From: an uncultured Chloroflexia bacterium
Lineage (GTDB): Bacteria > Chloroflexota > Limnocylindria > Limnocylindrales > CSP1-4
Reading direction: 5' to 3'
DNA: 64,000 nucleotides
Assembly (NCBI GenBank): GCA_963833225.1
Contig: CAWHXD010000017.1
Coordinates: 64,001-128,000, forward strand
Each line of letters opens with the position of its first letter. The stretch's first letter is position 1. A program made the position numbers and the translations under genes. Under the pieces are notes generated by a model. It was not told the DNA's origin, did no database searches, and worked only from the letters and a program-made list of their open reading frames with translations. Shown piece by piece: positions 23,766-34,108 of this stretch.

Positions 23766-25399
23766 GCGCGCCCGCGCCGGCGCAGGAGGTCCACCACGAT
23801 CCCGACGATAGTCCGCAACTCGGTGATCCGCAACGCGAGCGACCCGCCGACGATGACGAGGCCACCCGCCACCGTCGCGATGGTTGCCCGCGCCAGGAGG
23901 ATGAGGAACCCGGGGTCCTCGCCCCACGCGGCCAACAGCGCCTGCTCGACACCCCAGGCGACCGCAGCTCCGGCCAGCGCGACGACCAGCGCCCGCGCGA
24001 GCACCCAGGCCACGTACCGCAGACCGGCGCCGTACCCGGGCACCCGGCCATGCAGGAGCAGCGCCAGGGCGACCGTCTCGAGCCACGCCGAGATGGCGAT
24101 GGCCGCCGCAAGCCCGTTGAGCCCAAGCGGCCCGACCAGGATGTTCGCGAGCACGATGTTGGTGACCACGGCCCCCAGGGCGGCAAGCACCGGTGTCCGC
24201 GTGTCCTTGAGGGCGTAGAAGGCCCGGGCGAGGACGGCGATCAGCGCGTGGGCGGTGAGCCCCACCAGGAACACCGCGAGCGCGAGGCCGGTGGCCTTGA
24301 TCGCCGACTCCCCGATGTCCGCGATCCCGAACAGGAGACGGACCACGTCCTCGGAAACGACGATCCCGAGCGCGGCGATGGCGATCATCACGAACGCCAG
24401 GATCGCGAGGCCACGCACGAGGAGGCGAGTGAACGCCTCGCTGGCCCCGCCCGCCGCCACGCGCGCGAGCGACGGCAGCAGGACCACGCCCAGCGGCACC
24501 CCGATCACGCCGATCGGGATCTGGAGCACCGCGAAGCTGAAGTTGAACACCGGCAGCGCCTCGGGGCCCAGCGTGGACGCGAGGCTGGTCATGACCACGA
24601 ACACGAACTGGGTCGCGCCCAGCCCGATCGCCCGCGGGACCATCAGCAGCAGCGCCAGGCGGGCCTGGTCGTCGCGCAGGTCCACGTGCGGGCGGAGCCT
24701 GGCCCCCTGCCGGACGAGCGGCGGCAGCTGCACCAGCACGTGTCCGATGGCCCCCACGACCACCCCGATCGCCAGGCCACCGACCCCGATCGACGGGACG
24801 AGCAGGAGCGCCGCCCCGATGATCCCGAGGTTGTACACGAGCGGGGCGAGGGCCGCGGCCGCGAACCGGCCACGCGCGTTGAGCGCGCTGGTCGCCACCG
24901 CCCCTGCGGCGAGGAACAGCGGCGCCAGGACCATGATCCGGGTGAGCTCCGTCGTGCGGGCGAGCTGGTCAGCGTCAAAGCCCGGGGTCATCAGCGACAC
25001 GAGCTCCGGGGCGAACAGGAGCACGACGCCGGCGAGGAGCGCGAGCAGGGCGAGCATCAGCGTCGCCACGGTGGACACCACGCGCCACGCGCGGGCGTCC
25101 TCGTCGGTCGCGAACAGGGCCGCGACCACCGGGATCAACGCCGAGGACAGGGCGCCGGCCGCCACCAGCTGGAACAGGAGGTCCGGGATCCGGAAGGCCG
25201 CATAGAACGGGCTCAGGTCGCCGACATCCGGCACGGAGCCGGCGATCGCGATCGTCCGGACGTAGCCCAGGACCCGTGAGGCGAGGAACAGGACCGTGAC
25301 GATCAGGCCGGCCCGCGCGATCGCCCGGGTGGCGGCCGAGCCAGGACGGCCCGTGCCACCCTCGTCCGGGGGTGGCACGGCCAGGACGGGATCGTCCAT
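23762..25399 (-). CDS. murJ: Lipid II flippase MurJ (MviN)
   Basis: SRVLGYVR, AFRIPDLLFQLVAAGALSSALIP, P.VYNL, RAFYALKDTRTP and about 14 TM segments. Confidence 0.94.
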   Translation of the reverse strand: MDDPVLAVPPPDEGGTGRPGSAATRAIARAGLIVTVLFLASRVLGYVRTIAIAGSVPDVGDLSPFYAAFRIPDLLFQLVAAGALSSALIPVVAALFATDEDARAWRVVSTVATLMLALLALLAGVVLLFAPELVSLMTPGFDADQLARTTELTRIMVLAPLFLAAGAVATSALNARGRFAAAALAPLVYNLGIIGAALLLVPSIGVGGLAIGVVVGAIGHVLVQLPPLVRQGARLRPHVDLRDDQARLALLLMVPRAIGLGATQFVFVVMTSLASTLGPEALPVFNFSFAVLQIPIGVIGVPLGVVLLPSLARVAAGGASEAFTRLLVRGLAILAFVMIAIAALGIVVSEDVVRLLFGIADIGESAIKATGLALAVFLVGLTAHALIAVLARAFYALKDTRTPVLAALGAVVTNIVLANILVGPLGLNGLAAAIAISAWLETVALALLLHGRVPGYGAGLRYVAWVLARALVVALAGAAVAWGVEQALLAAWGEDPGFLILLARATIATVAGGLVIVGGSLALRITELRTIVGIVVDLLRRRGRA

Positions 25400-26365
25400 C
25401 AGGGTGTCCTCGCCCGTGGATGCGCCAGCCGGTAGGCATCCCGGAGTCGTGCCGGGGACACGTGCGTGTACACCTGGGTGGTCGCCAGGCTCTCGTGGCC
25501 GAGGAGCTCCTGCACGATCCGGAGATCGGCTCCGCCCTCGAGGAGATGCGTGGCGAACGAGTGGCGGAGCGTGTGGGGGCTGATGCCCTCGGGGAGACCG
25601 GCGAGTCGACACAGGCGATCGAGACGCATCCGCAGGCCGCGCACGCCGAGCGGCGAGCCGTGGTGGTTGAGGAAGATCTCGACCGGCTCGTCAGCGAGCG
25701 GGTCCCGGCGGGCCGACAGCTCCGGGCGACCCTGGTCGAGATAGGCGGAGATGGCCTCGCGGGCAGGCCGGCCGAGCAGCCCGACCCGCTCCTTGCGACC
25801 CTTGCCCATCACGCGCAGCTCGCCCCGTCGCAGCTCCAGCGAGCCGAGGTCCGCGGCCGCCAGCTCGCTGATCCGCAGGCCCGCGGCATAGGCCGTCTCC
25901 ACCAGCGCCCGGTCCCGCAGGGCCAGCGCGAACGCGAGCGCCGGGTCCCTGCGGGCTGTCGCCGACGTTCCAGCGCCGGCCGCCGCGAGGTCGTCGTCCA
26001 CGACCGCGAGGATGGCCTCGACCTGCTCCACCTCGAGGACCTTGGGCAGGCGCCGCGGCAGCCTCGGCGTGGCGATCACCCCCCATGGGTCGCCGGGGGC
26101 GATGCCGGAGCGGGCGCAGTAGCGGTGGAACGACCGCAGCGCGGCCATGCCGCTGGGCGACCGACGATCTGGCGTGCCCGGCCGACAGGTCGGCAAGGTA
26201 GGCGCGGAGCGTGGAGCGGCCCGGGCTGCGCCAGTCGGCGCCTCGGTCGTCGAGCCAGTCGAGGTAGGTCGCGACGGTCGCCTCATACGAGCGACGCGTC
26301 TCGGGCGAGAAGTCCCGGGCTTCCAGCGATCGCAGGAACCGGCGCAGCGCCTCCGGGCCCGTCAC
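25399..26365 (-). CDS. xerC: Tyrosine recombinase XerC/XerD, +1 frameshift near 26149
   Basis: N-terminal SPETRRSY...SSVAQR (ORF 25691..26614) joins MAALRSF...LPKVL, GLRISEL, GKGRKER and [25 protein letters not shown]...TTQVYTH. Lies directly downstream of topA. Confidence 0.9.
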
Positions 26366-26408
26366 GCGCCTGCCTCCGTGGCCTCGAGCGACGTGGTCCC
26401 GGCGCCGG

Positions 26409-28847
26409 TCACGCCGTCTTGCGCCGCGGGCTGGGCACGGCGCGCGAGCTGCTGCTCCCGGTCCGCGCCGGGCGCCTCGCGGCAGCCGTTTTGGACGAGC
26501 CGGCGCCTCGCCGCCCACCACGGCCCGGCCGGACCAGGGCCTCGGGGTTGGGCGGCCCACCCGGGAGGCGGCTGCCGACGAGGATCCCGTCGGGAAGCTC
26601 CACGGTGGCCCCACAGGTCAGGCAGACCCCGCCCTCGCCCCTGCGGGCGACGGCCCCCCGGCCATCCGCGTGACTCGCGTCGGTGGCGTCGTGGACTGCC
26701 CCGGTGGGCTCGTCGTTGGTGGTGAAGTCGCACTTCGGGTAGGCGGAGCATCCCCAGAAGACGTTCCCCGTGCGCCGGGCGCGACGGGCGACCAGCTTCC
26801 CGTCGGCGTTCTTGGGACACACGACCTCGAACGGCAGCGGGTCCGGGGGCGGCGGGCCGTCCTTCCGGATGTACGTGCAGTCCGGGTAGCGCGAGCAGCC
26901 CACGAACGCCCCAAACCGGCCCCGGCGCTGCTGGAGCGTCCCCTCGCCGCACTCCGGGCAAGCGTCGCCCTCGCCCTCGAGCGGCGGCGGCTCGTCGCCG
27001 GGGAGCGGCCGCGTCTCCTTGTGGTCAGGGTAGGTCGAGCAGGCGAGGAACTTGCCGGTCCGGCCGAGGCGGATGACCATCGGGTGGCCGAGCGAGCAGA
27101 CCTCCTCGGTCTCCTCGGTCGTGAAGTCCGAGCGCTTGAGCTCGCGCCGCTTCTCCTCCACGCGCACCTTGAGCGGCCCGAAGAACGCGCGAAGCAGGGG
27201 CACCCACTGGCGCTCGCCGCGGGCCACCTCGTCGAGCTCCTCCTCCATGCGGGCCGTGAACTTGAGATCCACGTACTCGCCGAAGTGGCCGACCAGCAGA
27301 TCGGTGACGATCTCGCCGATCTCCTCGGGATGCAGGCGCCGCTCCTTCACGATCACATAGCCGCGATCGAGGATCGTGGAGATGGTCGCGGCGTAGGTGG
27401 ACGGGCGGCCGATTCCGTGCTCCTCGAGCGCCTTGATGAGCGTGGCCTCCGTGTACCGGGGCGGCGGCTCGGTGAAGTGCTGGGTGGGGGTCACGGACTC
27501 CACGGCGGTCACATCGCCGGCCTGCAGCGGCGGGAGCCGGCGCTCGGCCTCCTCGGCCGTGTCGTCGGTGCCCTCGGTGTACACGCGGGCGAAGCCCTCG
27601 AACAGCGTCCGCGTCGCGGAGGCGCGCAGCCGGTACGCCCCGTCCACGAGCTCGGCCGTCGTGGTCTCGAGCTCCTTGGAGGCCATCTGCGAGGCGATGG
27701 CGCGCTGCCAGATCAGCCGGTACAGCCGGTGCTGGTCCGCTTTCAGGAACGGCTGCATCGACTCCGGGTCGCGCAGGAACGAGGTCGGCCGGACCGACTC
27801 GTGCGCCTCCTGGGCCCCCTTCTGCCGGGTCTTGTGGACGCGCCCCTTGCCGGTGCCGAACCGCTCCCCGAACCGCTCCGTGATCACCGTCTGGGCCTCG
27901 GCGATGGCGACGGCCGCCATGACAGTCGAGTCGGTCCGCATGTACGTGATGAGGCCGACATGCCCATCGGGGGTATCCACGCCCTCGTACAGGTCCTGCG
28001 CAACCGACATCGTCCGCTTGGGGCTGAAGCCCAGCTTCCGGCTGGCCTCCTGCTGGAGCGTGCTGGTGGTGAACGGTGGCGCCGGGTTGCGCTTGCTCGT
28101 CTTGGTCGCCACCGAGTCCACCACGGGCCGGAGGCCGCGGATCGCAGCCGCGTGGCGCTCCGCTGTCTCGCCGTCGGCGATCTCGGGAACCTTGCCGTCG
28201 ATCCGTGCCAGGTCAGCCGTGAACGTGGCCCCCGAGGCCGTGGCGAGGACCGCCTCCAGCGTCCAGTACTCGCGCGCGGTGAAGGCACGGATCTCGCGCT
28301 CGCGCTCCACCACCATCCGGACCGCGACCGACTGGACGCGCCCGGCGGAGAGCCCGCCGCGGACCTTGCGCGACAGCAGCGGGCTGAGGGTGTAGCCGAC
28401 GAGCCGGTCCACGATCCGGCGCGCCTGCTGCGCGTCCACCAGGTGCTGGTCGATCTCGCGAGGCTCGGCGAAGGCCTGCTGGATGGCGCTCTCGGTGATC
28501 TCGCTGAAGGTCACCCGGCGCGTCTTGGCGGCTGGGACCCCGGCTGCTTGGGCAACGTGCCAGGCGATGGCCTCGCCCTCCCGATCGAGGTCGGTGGCGA
28601 GGTACACGCGCTCGGCGGTCCTGGCCGCCCGGGCGATCTCATTGACCTGCTTGCGCCGGTCCTCGGAGATCACGTACTCGGGCTCGAAGTCGTGATCGAC
28701 ATCCACGCCGAACTTGCCCTTGCCCGGGTTCTCGGGCAGGTCCCGGACGTGGCCGTACGAGGCGAGGACCTTGTAGTCGGGGCCAAGATAGCGCTCGATG
28801 GTCCTCGCCTTGGCCGGCGACTCTACGATCACGAGGTTCTTGGCCAT
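26409..28847 (-). CDS. topA: DNA topoisomerase I
   Basis: LVIVESPAKA, ATDLDREGEAI, SAGRVQS, catalytic ITYMRTDS, QEAHE, GIGRPSTY and C-terminal zinc ribbons. Confidence 0.97.
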   Translation of the reverse strand: MAKNLVIVESPAKARTIERYLGPDYKVLASYGHVRDLPENPGKGKFGVDVDHDFEPEYVISEDRRKQVNEIARAARTAERVYLATDLDREGEAIAWHVAQAAGVPAAKTRRVTFSEITESAIQQAFAEPREIDQHLVDAQQARRIVDRLVGYTLSPLLSRKVRGGLSAGRVQSVAVRMVVEREREIRAFTAREYWTLEAVLATASGATFTADLARIDGKVPEIADGETAERHAAAIRGLRPVVDSVATKTSKRNPAPPFTTSTLQQEASRKLGFSPKRTMSVAQDLYEGVDTPDGHVGLITYMRTDSTVMAAVAIAEAQTVITERFGERFGTGKGRVHKTRQKGAQEAHESVRPTSFLRDPESMQPFLKADQHRLYRLIWQRAIASQMASKELETTTAELVDGAYRLRASATRTLFEGFARVYTEGTDDTAEEAERRLPPLQAGDVTAVESVTPTQHFTEPPPRYTEATLIKALEEHGIGRPSTYAATISTILDRGYVIVKERRLHPEEIGEIVTDLLVGHFGEYVDLKFTARMEEELDEVARGERQWVPLLRAFFGPLKVRVEEKRRELKRSDFTTEETEEVCSLGHPMVIRLGRTGKFLACSTYPDHKETRPLPGDEPPPLEGEGDACPECGEGTLQQRRGRFGAFVGCSRYPDCTYIRKDGPPPPDPLPFEVVCPKNADGKLVARRARRTGNVFWGCSAYPKCDFTTNDEPTGAVHDATDASHADGRGAVARRGEGGVCLTCGATVELPDGILVGSRLPGGPPNPEALVRPGRGGRRGAGSSKTAAARRPARTGSSSSRAVPSPRRKTA

Positions 28848-28925
28848 GGCGGCGCGGAGTGTAGCACCGGCCCCTTGCGCGCCGATCACCCCGGGACCGG
28901 CCCTGGCGCGCCGTGGCCCGCGCGG

Positions 28926-29330
28926 CTAGATGTCGCGAACGCGCTTCAGGAAGTCCTCGTCGATACCGAGATCGGTATCGAGGTCCTCTCCGCCCGCGTC
29001 CTGCTCCGGCCCGCCCGGACCGACGGCCAGGACCGGCAGGCGCTGCTCGTCGTCACCCGTAGCCGACTCGGACATGGCGATCGCGACCGGCGCGTCACCA
29101 CCCTCCTCGACGTGGCGCTCGATGGCACCCGGCGGGATCTCCAGGAACCGGATGACGCGGTACGGGAAGAAGAACGTGCCCGCGATGCTGTCGATGAAGA
29201 TCGGCCGCTTGCCGTCCATCATCCGCAGGTTCGTGCACAGGAGGCCGGCGTCGGTGGCGGCCGGGACGCTGAACAGGTCCGCGAGAAGCGGCTGCTCGTT
29301 GGCAACGTGGAGGACGACGTGGCGGATCAC
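28926..29330 (-). CDS. Hypothetical protein: beta-rich (Sm-like?) N-domain plus acidic C-terminal tail
   Basis: From GTG 29330: IRHVVLHVANEQPLLADL...CTNLRMMDGKRPIFID...FFFPYRVIRFLEI, then an acidic linker ending IDEDFLKRVRDI. GC3-biased coding pattern. Confidence 0.75.
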   Translation of the reverse strand: MIRHVVLHVANEQPLLADLFSVPAATDAGLLCTNLRMMDGKRPIFIDSIAGTFFFPYRVIRFLEIPPGAIERHVEEGGDAPVAIAMSESATGDDEQRLPVLAVGPGGPEQDAGGEDLDTDLGIDEDFLKRVRDI

Positions 29331-29397
29331 GGGTTCATGGTGCGCGACGGACGGGGCCGCGTCACCGGCCCGATGGTCCGGGTCCCGGCAGGATCGA

Positions 29398-31014
29398 TCA
29401 GGGGGTGTAGAAGTCCACCACGAGGCGAACCCGGCCGCCCGACACCCAGACCCCGATCCCGACCTCGTGGAACTGGGCATTCATCAGGTTGACGTAGTGG
29501 CCGCCGTTGTACGACTTCTCGCTCTGGAAGTAGCGGTGGGATCCGAGCACCGCGGAGTACGGGTTGCCCGACCGGCAGCCCAGGTTCTCGCCCCAGCGGT
29601 AGCTCGTGTAGCCGGCCCGGCGGAGGCGATCTCCGGGCGTCCCGCCAACGAAGTGGTCGCACAGGTTGCGCGTCGCCAGGAGCTTCGCGTACGGGCGCGA
29701 GACGTGGGTGCTGATCCCCGCGTTGAGCTTGAGGGCCGCCACGTTGCGGCCGCCCGGTGAGGAGCACTTGCCGTCCGACGTGACCCAGCCGCCCGTCCGC
29801 GTGCAGTTCATGAGCCTCAGGTAGTAGGTCTCGACGCCGTACCAGCTGGCCGAGACGGCGCCCCCTCCCCACTGCGCGGGATCGGTGTCGTCTTGGGTGC
29901 CGGCGACGAGGGCTGCTTGGGCTTGGCGGCGACGGTGAAGGTGCCGCTGGTGGGCTCGGCGATGGGGGCGCCCACCTTGGACACCGCCGTGGCGTCCACC
30001 GTCGCCTTGACCTTCGCCTTGTACGGGAGGGCCTTGTCCGGGACGAAGACCAGGACCGTGCTCGAATTCAGCCCACGTGATCTTGCCGGTGATCGCCTTG
30101 CCGTCGATCGTGACGCTGAAGGCCTTTGCCGTCGCCTTCTTGTTCATCGCATCGGTGAAGCGCACGGAGATGGCCGCGGTTCGATCCACCTTGGTCTCAC
30201 CCGCGACCGGGCGGAAGCGCACGACCTCCGGAGCACCGGCTGTCGCCACCGTCAGCGACGGCACGGTGGCGAACGGCACCCCATCCGCGTCCATCAGGCC
30301 ATCGAGCACGAGCCGATAGGTCGTATCGACCGCGAGCGGTCCGGTCGGCGTGAACAGGAACTCGCCCGCGGCGGCCCCGGCGCGCACGGTCCCGGGCACC
30401 GGAGGGTCCGTGCTGAGCGCTGCCGTCACCGCCGCCAGTGCCATGGGACGGTCGAGGACGATGCGGAACGCCGTGTCGATCCGGACTCGCTTGCCGCTGG
30501 CCCGCGTGGCCTCGATCTCACCGGTTCCGGCCGTCGCAGTGAGCACGGCGGCGCGAACGGGCGCAGCGAGGGCACCTCCATCGGCCGCTCGCGCGGCGGA
30601 CGTCACGGTCAGGACGTAGAGCGTGTCGGGCTGCCAGGAGGTCCGGGGGCGGATCGTCAGGACACGGCCCGTGTCGTCCCACGCGAAGTCCACCGCCGAG
30701 TCGGGAACGAGCCGCATGGCGGCCGCAACGGACGCCGCGTCCATGGGGGCGTCGAACTGGACGCGAAGCGGCTCCTTGAGCCCGTGGCCCGTCGTGAGAG
30801 CCTCGATGACTCGGGCATCGACCGGGGCCGGTTTGGCCGATACCGGGATGGCGTTGCTCGGTGCCGGCGGCAGGCCCGCCATCACGACCAGGGCGACAAC
30901 CAATGCGGCAGCGAGCCCGGCCGCCACGCGCGTCGCCCCGGCACGGCCGAGGAGCGCGAGGTAGACGAGCAACAGCACGGGCAGCGCGAGCAGGGTCGCA
31001 CCGAGCTTCCGCAA
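29398..31014 (-). CDS. Membrane-anchored protein with about three Ig-like (Big_5-type) domains and a C-terminal CAP/SCP domain; two compensating frameshifts (~30062, ~29870)
   Basis: SD ggagga precedes TTG 31014. Two N-terminal hydrophobic helices, repeated F..PM...V / W......L...P...L...T.Y patterns, and CAP motifs GENLG and GHYVNLMN..F.EVGIG. Confidence 0.78.
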   Translation of the reverse strand: MRKLGATLLALPVLLLVYLALLGRAGATRVAAGLAAALVVALVVMAGLPPAPSNAIPVSAKPAPVDARVIEALTTGHGLKEPLRVQFDAPMDAASVAAAMRLVPDSAVDFAWDDTGRVLTIRPRTSWQPDTLYVLTVTSAARAADGGALAAPVRAAVLTATAGTGEIEATRASGKRVRIDTAFRIVLDRPMALAAVTAALSTDPPVPGTVRAGAAAGEFLFTPTGPLAVDTTYRLVLDGLMDADGVPFATVPSLTVATAGAPEVVRFRPVAGETKVDRTAAISVRFTDAMNKKATAKAFSVTIDGKAITGKITWAEFEHGPGLRPGQGPPVQGEGQGDGGRHGGVQGGRPHRRAHQRHLHRRRQAQAALVAGTQDDTDPAQWGGGAVSASWYGVETYYLRLMNCTRTGGWVTSDGKCSSPGGRNVAALKLNAGISTHVSRPYAKLLATRNLCDHFVGGTPGDRLRRAGYTSYRWGENLGCRSGNPYSAVLGSHRYFQSEKSYNGGHYVNLMNAQFHEVGIGVWVSGGRVRLVVDFYTP

Positions 31015-31158
31015 TACGTCGTCCTCCATCCAGTCCGCCGGGACATCCGCGATCGTCGGCGCCGGCACCCGGGGACGAGACCGGCAGGCAACCGGTCGCG
31101 GTTCGGCGGCAGCGTACCACCCGGGGCCGTGAATCAGCCAGCGCCCGGCCCCGTGCCG

Positions 31159-32456
31159 TCATGCGGCGGGGCGGCGCGTCCGGCCCGCGATGCCTGCGCT
31201 GGACGTGTGCGCACGGCCCCGTCGTCCCGCCAGCGCCCCGGTTGGCCGGTAGCGCCCGAACGTCTCGAGCACGAGACCGCGGAGCTCGAGGGTGGTCAGC
31301 GCGCCCAGGATCGTCGCGCTCCGGGCCCCGGTGGCAGCCACCAGGTCATCGACGGTCCCCAGGCCGGCCGCCAGATGCGCCGCGACCGCCTGCTCGGTGC
31401 TCGTCATCCCCGCCACGAGCGCGTCGCCCGCGGCGAGCGGCCGGCCACCGGCGGCGAGCAGGCCAAGGTCCTCGAGCAGCTCCGGGATCCCGGCCACGAT
31501 CCGGGCCTCGGGGCCGGCCTCGCGCAGGAACGCCAGGCAGCCGGCGACAGCCGGGTCATCCAGCCGCCCCGGCACGATGTGCAGCGATCTCCCCTGTTCG
31601 AGCGCCCAGGCAGCGGTGGTCAGGGCTCCACTCCTCGCGCCCGCCTCGACAACGACGTCGCATCCGCGAGGCCGCTGATGATCCGGTTCCGGCGCGGGAA
31701 CGTCCCCCGCGACGGCTGCGTCTCCGGCGGGAACTCGCTCAGGACCGCGCCGCCCGAGGCCGCGATCTGCCGCGCCAGCGCCCGGTGAGCGGCGGGGTAC
31801 AGGCGCTCGTGGCCACCGCCGATCACCGCCACCGTGGGGGCGCCCGCCCGGACGGCGGCCGCGTGCGCGGCACCGTCGATGCCCAGCGCCAGCCCCGACA
31901 CGATCGTGGCACCGAGGGCCGCGACGCCATCGGCGATGCGGGCCGCGATCGCCCGTCCGAGCGCGGTCGGACGCCGGGTCCCGACGATGGCGATGGACCG
32001 TGGGCGCTCGAGGCAGGCCGGGTCGCCATGCAGGAACAGCACTGGCGGCGGCAGCTCGATCGCGCGCAGACGGGACGGATAGGCCTCGTCCGCAAGGGTC
32101 AGCACCGTCACTCCGGACCGGCGCACGGCGGCGAGCGGTCCTGATGGGTCCGCCGCGGCGGCACGGACAGCGGCGGCCGCCGCCATGCTGAGCGTCGGTG
32201 AACCGCCGTCTCCATCGGTCGTCGCCTCCACCACGGGACCCAGCGAGCCAGGCTCCAGGGCGGCTCCCAGGACCGCCTCGGCGCTCCCGAAGGTCGCCAG
32301 CAGGCGTCCGAACGAGACAGGCCCCACACCGGCGACACCCGCGAGCACGACCCAGGCGTCGCGCTCGCCCGAAGCGTCGCCTCTCCCGGAGCCAGATCCC
32401 CCGCCGGTCTCGGCCCCCGCTCGCCCGAGCGGCCCGCGACGGCCGATCCCCAGCAT
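31159..32456 (-). CDS. dprA: DNA-processing protein DprA, -1 frameshift near 31657
   Basis: YP..LRAI..PP.VLF..GD, IAIVGTR, VSGLALGIDG.AH, SEFPP and FPRRNRIISGL, continuing VVVEAGARSGAL.TA..A...GR into a winged-helix C-terminus. Confidence 0.92.
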
Positions 32457-34046
32457 CAGCCGGCCTCGGCGATGGAAGGAGCGTCAGCCGGCGACCGGAA
32501 CCTCGCCGCCTCGTCGAGGTGCGCGACATCCACGCCATCGCAGGCCTCGAGATCCGCGATCGTGCGCGCGACCCGCAGCAGACGCTCCGTGCCTCGCCCG
32601 GACAGGCCCTCGCGCTCGGCGAGCAGGACCGCTCGCGCCTGCTCCCGGGACCCGAGGCGGCACAGGCTGCGGAGCTCGACGACCCCGGATCCGGCCGTTC
32701 GGGGCCCCACTCGACCGGGTCCGCTGGCGCCGGCGGGCCGCGGCGATCCGTGCGGCGACCTCGGACGACGCCTCGGGTGCCGGTCCGCGCACCAGCACGG
32801 CCGGCGGGACGCGGTCCACGGGCACCCACAGGTCGATCCGGTCGCGCAGGGGCCCGGAGATCCGCCGGCGATACCGCTGGGGCACGCCGGGCGGGCAGGT
32901 GCAGGCGCGGTCGGCCGCCCCGTCGTTGCCGCAGGGGCAGGGGTTCATCGCGGCGACGAAGGTGAACCGCGCCGGGAACACGGCCGCCCGCCCGACCCGG
33001 ACCACGGTCACGCTTCCCTCCTCCAGCGGCTGGCGGAGGGCCTCGAGCACGTCCCGGCCGAACTCCGGCAGCTCGTCGCACACGAGCACGCCCTGGTCGG
33101 CGCGGGTGACCTCGCCGGGGGACATCCGGGGGCCGCCTCCGACCATCCCGGCGTACGACACCGTGTGATGTGGCGACCGGACGGGTGGCCGGCGGATGAG
33201 GGCCTCGACCGGCTCGTCGCCGGCCACGGACGCGACGACCGTGGCCGCCAGCGCAGCCTCATCGTCGAGATCCGGCAGCAGGCCTGGGATCGTCCTTGCC
33301 AGCAGCGTCTTCCCCGCCCCGGGCGGCCCGACCAGGAGCATCGCGTGCGAACCGGCGAGCGCGATCTCGAGCGCGCGGCGGGCCATCGCCTGCCCCCGCA
33401 CGTCCGCGAGGTCGACCGCCGGCTGCTGGGCGCTCTCGCCACCCGCCGTGGACGGCGGCCGAGCCTGTTCGCGACCGGGGTCCCACGCCGCGAGGGCATC
33501 CGCCCGGGGCAGCGGGACCGGGGGCGGCCGGCGGGCTCTCGGCGCGCGCACCGCCGCGGCGGCCTCGGCAAGGGAGTCGACGCCCAGGACGACCAGCCCC
33601 GGCACCAGCCTTGCCTCGGCCGCGGCTGCCACCGGCACGACGACCCGTCGCACGCCCGCGGCGACGAACGCGAGGCTCATGGGCAGCACGCCGGGCACGG
33701 GGCGAACCTCGCCACCCAGGCCCAGCTCGCCGATCAGCCCAACCCGGCCGGGCGACGCTCGCAGCTGCTCCGATCCGAGCAGGATGCCAAGGGCGATCGC
33801 GAGGTCCAGCGAGGCGCCGGCCTTGCGCACCTCGGCCGGCGCGAGGTTCACGGTGATCCGCCGCGGCGGGTGGTGGTACCCGGCGTTGCGCAGGGCGCCG
33901 CGCACGCGTTCACGGGCTTCGGACAGCGCGGCATCCGGGAGGCCGACGATCGTGAACCCGGGCAGGCCGGGGGCGACGTCCACCTCGACCCGGACGAGGC
34001 GGCCGGTGATGCCGCTGAGGGTGGCGGAGAGCAGGGTCGCGAGCAC
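32456..34046 (-). CDS. comM: YifB/ComM Mg-chelatase-like AAA+ ATPase, +1 frameshift near 32680
   Basis: VGLPDAALSEARERV, ITVNLAPA, GPPGAGKT, PGEVTRA, DELPEF, AMNPCPCG and SGPLRDRID. The C-terminus LSGRGTERLLRVARTIADL lies in ORF 32456..32710. Confidence 0.9.
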
Positions 34047-34108
34047 GAGCGAGACGCTACGCCGCGCCGCTCACCTCCGACTTACGCGGGGGCCCCGGAG
34101 CCCGCCCC

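Noticed and set aside
25399-26365. Integrase of a mobile element
   Set aside because: Its size, motifs and position after topA match chromosomal XerC; no att repeats or cargo genes.
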